DNA of 64,000 nucleotides, from NCBI GenBank assembly GCA_964016885.1, contig OZ024745.1, forward strand, positions 104,780,001 to 104,844,000, in the 5' to 3' direction. The translations under genes and the position numbers were made by a program. A model generated the notes under the pieces. It was not told where the DNA came from, did no database searches, and saw only the letters and a program-made list of their open reading frames with translations. Positions 52,657-64,000 of this stretch are shown here, piece by piece (within the stretch, counting starts at the first letter, position 1; every line of letters begins with the position of its first letter). This stretch comes from Eledone cirrhosa (Eukaryota).

Positions 52657-55192
52657 GTTTGTGGTATCTGTTCTGGTTTTTCATATTCTGAGTTCAAATT
52701 TTGCCTAGGAGTTCAGATCCAGGGGATTATGAAAGCTACACTGGGTACAGGAGGGCGATTGTGATAATCTACCTCTGCAGTCAAATGATGAGCATGAGTT
52801 CTAGATATTTCCATAATACAATGATTACTTCTTGAATTTCCTTGATCATATAGGGCTTTCAATCAAGGTTCACGTCACATGGAAGCATGGCTCAGTGGTT
52901 TAGAAGATTGCTTTAAAATTATGAGGTTCCAGATTCAATCCCATTAGTTATGAGTTAAGCAGAACTTTGTGAATGAATTTGTGTAATAAGTGGAAACTGT
53001 GGAAGTCAATCGGAGGAATTGACTTGTAGTTCCAAAGTCCAGCGTTGTCACATATTGTGTCACTCTTCCTTCGGCTTGTGAATTGCATTAAGGATATATG
53101 TGTCTTTGGTACACTCAACCACTTCCTAAACAACTAAATGCTCATTGTCAAAACTGATGGACGATTCACCACCATCACCATCAACATCATCATCACCACC
53201 ACCGCCACCATCATGATCATCATAATCATCATGATGATGATCATCATGCATTAAAAAACCCATAAATCTATCAATACTAGTCACAACTTTACTACATTTC
53301 TCTTCCACTCAATCTCTAAAAGACAGTCAATAGTTAAGAATTTATTTAGAGAATAAAATCTGCTGTGCGATTCTTGCATGTAAAAGTAACATTTAATTTA
53401 CTTCTAGTGAAGTCAATCTTTTCTGTGTTTAAAATTTCTGTGTGAACTGGTTCCAAGTTTTGGCTAGGATGACGACAGACGATATAAGATATAACATATC
53501 AAGAGCAACAGCAACAACAACAATGGTTTCTGATCTAGACAAAAGGCCAACAATTTTGGAGGAGGGGAAAGTCAATTAAATTGACCCCGGTGCATTGCTG
53601 GTACTTTATTTTATCGACTAACAACAACAATAATGACAGCACTAACAGCTGCAACAACATCAGCAACAATAACAATAATTGTTTCTACTTTTGGAACAAG
53701 GCCAGCAATTATCCCAGTGCATTACTGGTACTTTATTTTATCGACCCCGCAAGGATGAAAGGCAAAGTTATCCTCGGCGGGATTTGAACTCAGAATGGCA
53801 AGGGCCGTAACTCTATGCGCCAAAGCATGGTGTCCGACCCTCTACCGATACTGCCAATCCACTGCCAACAGCAACAATAACAATAATAACAAGGAAGAAG
53901 CTTATATGAGGTCACACAACCTGTTAAAAATGGTCAATAAATATTTCACTCTTGTCTTAAAAAAAGAAGGAAACTGGGATATGTAATTTCTGATATATAA
54001 AAAGTAAGGATGGTCATGGCTGGAATGCCTTTTGTTCATAGTTTTACTCAATTGGGGTAAGCCTGGGGTTAAACAGCGACAGTGACAGCAACTACAACGG
54101 CAATCATAACAATTACAATAAGCCAACAAGGGAGCCATTATGTGGTCATCTGACTTGCTAGAAATAACAGTGAAACCTTCCTCATCTTGATCTCCTGTCA
54201 TAACAAGAAAGACATGTTGGTTTAATGTAGTATTAAGATCCCTGCATGTAGGAAAAAGATGGAGGTGACAATGCCTGGAATTGTTTTGATTATAATTCTG
54301 CTTGATCAAGGCCAAGTCTAAGTTTAAACTCTGTATGGTGCCTGGACGTTCATCAGGTCTGTGCTTATCCTGGTCTTCTTGATGTTAAGCGACTGAGAAT
54401 ACAAGACTCTCCCCTGAACAGGACACCAGTCAATCACAGGGTTAAACCCCCAGCTGTCACTGGTACTTATTTTCAGTTGAGTATACTGGAACAACATGAA
54501 TTAAAGTGTTTGGCTGAAGAACACAACACACAACTCAATCTAGAAATCAAGTTTGCAACATTATGATCGTAAGTCTAACATAACTTCTCTAACCTGTGGT
54601 TAAACAACAGCAACATCTACAACACTAACAACTATGACTACAAACAATTTAAAAAGAAAAAAGAAAAATGTTAATAAAGAAAACAGAACCAGTGCCAGAA
54701 ACTCAACAGGTTTACGATAAACAGGTTTTTATTGTAAAATCTGCCAAAGAAAGAATTCCCTGTAGAAAGAAATACAACTGGAATGCCATTCAATTTTACT
54801 GCCATTACTAAAATGGTCATCAGATTTTTTTTTAGCACATCCTCTTTAGATGTGTCCCATAGCTCAGATAAACATTTATGATATTGGAATGATTTTTTTT
54901 TTTACTTCTTCAGATTATTGTCAAGATTTTTATTGTCAGTGGAACTCAATTCCTCAAATCTATGCATTGCATTCAATCTTCTACCAGTTTTCTGTTGTTT
55001 ATTTTCTTCTTTATTCTTTTATTGGTTTCAGGCATTAGATGGTGGCCATGCTGGGGCACTGACATAAAGGGATTTAGTCGATAATATCAATCCCAGTTTT
55101 TATTTTTTTCAAGTCTGTTATTTTATAGAACTCTTGTGTTGAACAACCAAGTTACAGGATATAGACATAGACAAGGACACACACATACAAAC

Positions 55193-55227
<35 letters not shown>

Positions 55228-55245
55228 CATATATATACATGCATG

Positions 55246-55295
<50 letters not shown>

Positions 55296-55620
55296 TATAT
55301 ATATATAATATTATAAAGCTGAGTGTCATGTGTATTATGTATGTATGTATCCTACACACCTCCCTATTGTTTCTTAGCTTTACTCTCTCCGTTGCTCTTC
55401 TCCCTCTCTATAATAGATCATTCCCCCTCTCTATAATTTAACTGCTTTACTCTCTCTGTCGCTCTTCACTCTCAAATATTATAAAGCTGAGCGTCGTCTC
55501 TCTCTCTCTCTCCCTCTTTCACCCTCTCTATAATTTAACTGCTTTACTCTCTGTCTCTCTTCACTCTCTATATAACAACACTCTTTTACTTTCTGTATCT
55601 ACTTTCAATATATCAATATA

Positions 55621-55821
55621 TACCCAGGTTCTGCTGCACGTCGGGCTGAGGGGGCCAAACTCCTCAAATACCGGTCACTCTCCGACAGGCTTGCGGTCGT
55701 ACCCCTGGCAGTGGAGACTTCTGGTGTCCTCGGCCCCAGGGCAACCTCCTTACTCACCACCATAGGGGCTGAGCTGGTCAGCCGCAGGTGTGAGCCCCGT
55801 AAGCTGGAGTGAATTTTCCAG
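55621..55821 (+). mobile_element. CRE-like RLE fragment, paralogous to 3-345, running into the gap
   Basis: YPGSAARRAEGAKLLKYRSLSDRLAVVPLAVETSGVLGPRATSLLTTIG...KLE*IFQ. Confidence 0.8.
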
Positions 55822-56021
55822 NNNNNNNNNNNNNNNNNNNNNNNNNNNNNNNNNNNNNNNNNNNNNNNNNNNNNNNNNNNNNNNNNNNNNNNNNNNNNNN
55901 NNNNNNNNNNNNNNNNNNNNNNNNNNNNNNNNNNNNNNNNNNNNNNNNNNNNNNNNNNNNNNNNNNNNNNNNNNNNNNNNNNNNNNNNNNNNNNNNNNNN
56001 NNNNNNNNNNNNNNNNNNNNN
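55822..56021. other. Assembly gap (200 N)
   Basis: Run of N. Confidence 1.
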
Positions 56022-56177
56022 CACAGCACAAAGCCAGTCCCACTCTCTTAACCAAGATGATATTTACCAAAAAGAAGAACAAGTCAACATCATTGGATAC
56101 CATCAGGGTTGCAGGTGTTATATCAGAGTTTTCCTTCTCCTAGTATTCTGCCTTCACAAAGGTTAATATATATACAT

Positions 56178-56208
<31 letters not shown>

Positions 56209-56290
56209 CATTTACGGTTCTTATATATTTGATATATATTTCCTTATCGAGCCCTCTTTGGATTTTAGTCTTCAATTTTATTATTATTAC

Positions 56291-56349
<59 letters not shown>

Positions 56350-56352
56350 ATT

Positions 56353-56447
<95 letters not shown>

Positions 56448-56499
56448 TTATTTAGTAAGTAAGTTAATTTTATAATTTTCTTATTTTACGTCTCTCATA

Positions 56500-56534
<35 letters not shown>

Positions 56535-56717
56535 TTATATATATAGATATAGATAGGTAAATATACACGGGTGTGTATGATTGTGTATAGAAGATTATAT
56601 TAATAAGAGGAATTCCAACTTTGTCTGATTTACTCGTTTTATTTACAATCCTTTAAAATATATATAATGGTATTATAATGAAATAGTATGATAGAATATT
56701 AAATTCTAAGTGTTAAT

Positions 56718-56756
56718 TGAACAAGTACTTTCATGCTTTCGCAATCTTCAGGTTCA
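56718..56756 (-). ncRNA. Minimal type-I hammerhead ribozyme (minus copy)
   Basis: Exact reverse complement of 56842-56880. Confidence 0.8.
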
Positions 56757-56841
56757 TGATATGTGGTGACAGTCGAGTTTGCAATTTTCAACTGTCCACA
56801 GTTTGCAATTTTCCACAGTTGAAAACTGTCACCACATATCA

Positions 56842-56880
56842 TGAACCTGAAGATTGCGAAAGCATGAAAGTACTTGTTCA
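56842..56880 (+). ncRNA. Minimal type-I hammerhead ribozyme (plus copy)
   Basis: UGAAC-CUGAAGA-U UGC GAAA GCA U-GAAA-GUAC-UU/GUUCA. Stem I has 5 bp, stem II is GAAA-capped, stem III is the palindrome AGUACU; CUU cleavage after 56875. Confidence 0.8.
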
Positions 56881-57032
56881 ATTAACACTTAGAATTTAAT
56901 ATTCTATCATACTATTTCATTATAATACCATTATATATATTTTAAAGGATTGTAAATAAAACGAGTAAATCAGACAAAGTTGGAATTCCTCTTATTAATA
57001 TATTTATATATATATATATATATATATATACA

Positions 57033-57066
<34 letters not shown>

Positions 57067-57125
57067 CATGTGTATATATATATATATATATATATACATG
57101 TGTATATATATATATATATATATAC

Positions 57126-57261
<136 letters not shown>

Positions 57262-57269
57262 GTGTATAT

Positions 57270-57640
57270 ATCATCATCATCATCATCATCATCAGGTTTA
57301 GCGTCCGTGTTCCACGCTTGCATGGGTTTGGACGGGGGTTTTCCCACTTGAGGCAAGAGTGGTTGTCTTGCTCGCATAGGACTGTCTGGCGGGTTTTCTA
57401 CAGTTGGATGCCCTTCCTAACACCAACCACATTTACAGTGTGGGGCTGGGAGGTTTTTACCGTGTTGCCTACACGGCCACATTACAGCGTGGACTGTCTG
57501 GCGGGTTTTCTACAGCTGGATGCCCTTCCTAACACCAACCACATTTACAGTGTGGGGCTGGGAGGTTTTTACCGTGTTGCCTACACGGCCACATTTACAG
57601 CGTGGACTGTGTGTTTTTTGTCGTGACACCTACACGATCT
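57270..57640 (-). mobile_element. SINE/LINE-tail element with ~113-bp internal tandem duplication
   Basis: ggactgtctggcggg...cctacacggccacatt occurs twice (57379 and 57491); (CAT)n tail. Confidence 0.75.
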
Positions 57641-57687
57641 CATTTGTTTCGGCCTGGATGTTGTGGGACCAACATATATATATACAT

Positions 57688-57741
<54 letters not shown>

Positions 57742-58484
57742 TTTGTGTGTGTAAGTGGGTAAGCAAATATAAGATTTTTTTTATCAGTATGTTAGTGTAA
57801 CTATCTATGTATATGCATAAGCACACATTACTTTTAATTAGTTGTTTGATGGTATTGCAGTCCAAAGCCAACCATTCAATCAACCCATGCTCAAAGCAGT
57901 AATTTAAATCTACCTTTTCCCCACCCATCTATAATGATACGTCTCAGCTCAACTAGTTTCATAAATAAGTAGGTGAATGTCCTTTCACGTTTCTGTTTGT
58001 AAGGATGCATTTTATCTATGACTAAGCGAATCATGTAGAACTTCTTCTGTCAAATATGACAGGGATAGCTGAGATGTCAATAGCAGCTGGGATTCTTGTC
58101 TGACTTGAATCCGATTATGAATTAATAGCATTAATTATAGTAGATATTCGGGTTGGTTGGTGATGTTGTCTTTATTCTACCATAATTAATTTATTCTTGC
58201 AGCATTACTACTCTGACTGCAGGGTGGGGGTGGGGTGGGGGGTGTTAGAATCCTTAGGGGTGTCAAACAAAATGCTTTGTGGCACTTAGTTATAGCACTT
58301 TATATTCTGAGTTCAAATCCTGCCGAAGGGTCGATGAAATAAAGTAACAGTAACACACTGGGGTCGATTTAATTGCCCCCCCCCCAAAAAAAAAAATTGT
58401 TGGCCTTGTGTCTAAATCAGAACCTATTATTACCCTGTTTATAGGAACTTTCTATAGTTTCAATGAAAAGTTAACTGTTCTGAT

Positions 58485-58518
<34 letters not shown>

Positions 58519-58521
<3 letters not shown>

Positions 58522-58619
58522 GGTGTCCCCCAAAAATGTATACACACTTCAAAAGCATTCTAATAAATATTGCCTGTACAGATAATCAAAATGTGTATAC
58601 ATGTTTGGGAGATACCCTC
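58519..58619. mobile_element. ~100-bp Tc1/mariner-type MITE
   Basis: TA|CAGGGTGTCCCCCAAAAATGTATACAC ... GTGTATACATGTTTGGGAGATACCCTC|TA. Confidence 0.8.
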
Positions 58620-59882
58620 TATATTAAACAAAACAAAAAGATCTCTTTCATTGCACCTAACTTTATTTTTCTAGTTCACACATAAAGGACTGTTCTATTT
58701 TATCTGATTTAAATCTATGGTCTCTAATTTGCCATTGGTGTTTATTATATATTCTTTGAAAGGTTACATCAACTTTCAGATCCTCGGATTCAATCTCAAC
58801 TTGCTGATGAATTTAATTTTGATTTCATTCTTTTTTTTTTTTTCTTTTTTTTTTGATTGACATGTTAAAGTAGATAAAATTATGATGATTTGATTTTTTT
58901 TCGAACACAAAGTTTTATTCATACACCTTAAAATTGACTGTTGAATGAAATTGGAAATCGTTACTTTGAAGTTCACCATTTGATATTTAAATTGACTTTA
59001 GAAAAGAAGACGTTTTTATGCATATCTATATGTAAGATCTTGCAGGTTTCATCCGTTTTATGTTTTTATGTTATGTGCTCTTATAGTATAACACTTGTTA
59101 TAACTGTGATCTGTAAATGATGAAGACATACTAAAAAAATTTATTCTGACCCATGGCAATTACTTGATTATTTTTTTTCCCTCCCTAGAATATGTTTTGT
59201 GAAATATAAATGTAAGGTTAGCTTCAATGATCAAAGGAGTGATGGAGCCTAGAGCCCATGAATTTGAGTTTTATCTAAAAATCTATATATTTTGTTGTTG
59301 TTGCTCTTTGTCAGTCCTGATTGAGAACCCCCATGATCAAAGGCATTCCAATTATGACCATCTCACCTTTTATTCAGGCAGAGTACATCCAGAACCATAT
59401 TATCTAATGTGTTCTTCCTTTCTTAAGATGATAGTATTTGATTATGGGGGTGGGATTTACTTGGTATTTCCAGGTTAAATATACACTGTTCACTTTCCTA
59501 ACATTTGTATATTATTCTATGTACTATACATACACCTTTGATGAGTTGTAGTGCACCTGAACACTGTACACAATAATTTCATTATTATTATTATTTCATT
59601 CATTATTATTACACACACACACATATATACATATATATATCCACACACACACACACATACACAACACACATATACATATATATTATAAATATTCACAGAT
59701 CTCTTGCTACTATTCTTATTGTTAAACATCAGGAGGTATTTATTGATCATGGGTATGTGCAGCTTGCTTAATCATTTCTTTTAGTTTGACTATATGACAT
59801 CAATAAAGTATCTAAGGCTTGATTGAATCTTTAATTAATTATATTCAGCCAACCATCCTTTAGTGAAGTCTTTGTTTCTTGA

Positions 59883-59884
<2 letters not shown>

Positions 59885-59970
<86 letters not shown>
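59885..59970. repeat. (CT)n microsatellite
   Basis: Direct inspection. Confidence 0.95.
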
Positions 59971-59973
<3 letters not shown>

Positions 59974-60612
59974 CACACATACACAGTTGATGCTTTGATA
60001 CTCCTATTCTTTCTTTCTTTTGGTATCAATTTTTCTCCACTACCTTTCTGCTCTATTTGATATGTTTAAGTTATTCATAAGCATTTACATACAAGGACTC
60101 ATGATGATTTGGGTGAAATAGGAAGATAGGAAGTTGTGCATTTTACGCCAATATTTTCTAATACACACACACACAATGCATACACTCACACACACATACA
60201 TATAAATGCACACATACACAGACACACACATATATATGCATATATAAATCTTTTTTTCTTTGTATTTAATACATATATTTAGAATACAGTACAAACACCA
60301 TTTCTCTTATCTACAACAATCTGTATTTTTACTGTCTAAGGAAATTGCAACCCAATTGATGTTGGTTTGCTGAATATTTGATAAAATTTATAGGGTTACT
60401 CAGTGTGTCTGGCTCGTGTGGAACACCAAAACTATTCTCATTGAATTAAATAATGAATTGATATATATATATATATAATAAATGTAATCTGAGTTTTTCG
60501 AATATTAATGATAACATTCGATTCGTTTGCAATTTTGCAAACAAGCCTCAATTTTATGGCCATGTCAGTAGAATGAACACTTCATTCTTCCTCTTGTGTT
60601 GGCATGCGAACA

Positions 60613-60662
60613 GAACTGCAGAAACTAATGTTTCTGGGTATCACCCTTCATCAGTACAGTTC
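60613..60662 (-). ncRNA. Type-I hammerhead-like motif downstream of PLE GIY-YIG, with inverted partial copy at 60729-60752(+)
   Basis: Minus strand GAACUGUA-CUGAUGA-A GGGU GAU ACCC A-GAAA-CAUUAGUUUC-UGCAGUUC. Stem I has 8 bp; the register at the cleavage site is imperfect. Confidence 0.65.
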
Positions 60663-60829
60663 ACTGTTCACCTGCCAAACTGTCAGAGCTAGTGAAAATA
60701 TATGCTATTTTTCAAAAATACACAGTGACTGATGAAGAGTGATACCCAGAAATATTATATATATATATACCATTATATATACACATATATAATAAGAAAA
60801 TTAGGATGTTGTTGTAATTCAATCCGGAG

Positions 60830-61186
60830 CTTTGTAGTTATGTAAGAGGTGTTTCCAGACGTGTGGACAATGTGTGAAGAATTCATTTCTTGAGTTTAGA
60901 CAATCGCTATTGCGTAATCTCTTTAGAATATTTTGCATGATGGATTGCCCCTTGCGTATGGCTTGGACTTAGTGACCATAAGTGGCTCATGAGTTTCATG
61001 GATGATTGTTTGTCCGGGTACCTAAAGGTCGACTGATGGTTCAGGAAGCATTCCTTAAATCGGCCCTCCACCATACCCACATAGGATTTGACCTCCTGTG
61101 GTTAGTTTGGTCAGTTGGAAGTGACCACAGCTTCATAAACTACAGCGGGTGTGTTGCATTGCTGTTGAAGGGGACAAGCTTCAGCC
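60830..61186 (-). mobile_element. Penelope-like element GIY-YIG endonuclease relic
   Basis: [78 protein letters not shown]. Confidence 0.88.
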
Positions 61187-61189
61187 TTA

Positions 61190-62736
<1,547 letters not shown>

Positions 62737-63194
62737 AAATTGAGGTTGGTAATGGCACATGGAATATATAAGAGACAGAATACTTTTTTGTGAAAAAACA
62801 TAATTTTATAAGGTAAGGAAATAATAAAGGGTATAAAAAATGACCGGTTTCGATGGGTCTGCAAAAGCCATCTTTTCAAATGTTGATTAATATTAAGAAA
62901 AATTAATAATACGAAGAGTTAAAATTTGAGACTTGAAAATTCAAGTATAAAATTCATTGTGGGATTTCATAGCAGTTTTCATCTAGGTAGCAACAACAGG
63001 TTGACTGCTGTGTCCCTTTCTGGTAGTGAATGAGAAGTTATTTGGGGTGTGGGTTATTTTATAAAGGTCAGATTTAGCAATCGCCAGCTGTTGGTCAGTG
63101 AGGGGGTGGAAGCAATATACACACACACATATATCTTCCTGTGATGGGTAGGAGAGTGGAGCGTGATAGAAAAGGATTTAGTGCACTTACACCT

Positions 63195-63230
63195 ATATAT
63201 ACACACATACCTTCATCCACACATACATAC

Positions 63231-63271
<41 letters not shown>

Positions 63272-63340
63272 CACACATACATACACACACACATACATAT
63301 ACATACACACATACACACACACACATATATATATACACAT

Positions 63341-63407
<67 letters not shown>

Positions 63408-63446
63408 TATATATACATACACATACATCCAGATACACACATACAT

Positions 63447-63530
<84 letters not shown>

Positions 63531-63845
63531 CCCCACACATACATACACACACACATATATATATACATACACACATACAAACATACACACACATATATAT
63601 ACACACATACACACACATATATATACACACACACACACACACATGCATATATATATATATATACACATACGCATACATCCAGATACCCACATACATACAC
63701 ACACACACACACACACGCACACACAATACATACATCCACATGCACACACATACTCACACACACACACACACATACATACACCCACACACAGAGAAATGGC
63801 CTTCAAATATATATATATATATACATATATACAGACACATATATT
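63195..63845. repeat. Compound (TA)n/(CA)n microsatellite
   Basis: Direct inspection. Confidence 0.95.
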
Positions 63846-64000
63846 TTTTCCATAATATAAGAAGTTGGGGCAGTGAAATTAAAATAATTCTGTGTGCGCA
63901 TATATACATAGATATATGTGTGTGCACGTGCAGGGTTTAACATGGATGTGTTGGTCACACAAAGGCATGGTTATTCATTGACAGACCATGCCTTTGTGTG

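Larger units (their letters stand above)
56596..57002. repeat. Perfect 178-bp inverted repeat (56596-56773 / 56825-57002) with 51-bp rearranged spacer
   Basis: The arms read as exact reverse complements; the mirror-image ORFs 56699-56881(-) and 56717-56899(+) in the track agree. Confidence 0.95.

Overview
AT-rich, repeat-saturated, non-coding (intronic or intergenic) animal DNA. The SINE families and microsatellite load suggest an octopus or other coleoid cephalopod (inference). No intact host protein-coding gene can be supported; nearly all long ORFs in the track are read-through of (TA)n, (CA)n or (GGT)n repeats. Transposable elements present: CRE-like and R4/Dong-like restriction-like-endonuclease LINE relics, RTE-clade LINE fragments (two with 5' inversions), two Penelope-like (PLE) GIY-YIG relics, DD37D and DD34D Tc1/mariner relics, TTAA-flanked piggyBac-type MITEs, non-autonomous Helitrons and two abundant tRNA-derived SINE families. 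There is also a 2-kb GGT/TTAGGG minisatellite and a 200-N gap. The main signal is a set of self-cleaving ribozyme motifs. Minimal type-I hammerheads (HHR) lie at 30928-30970, 56718-56756/56842-56880 and 60613-60659/60729-60752, with decayed copies elsewhere, and the best-preserved ones all sit in fold-back inverted repeats. An HDV-like ribozyme fold starts at the apparent 5' end of a non-autonomous RTE element (11130-11308). All structures were paired by eye; none is experimentally tested.
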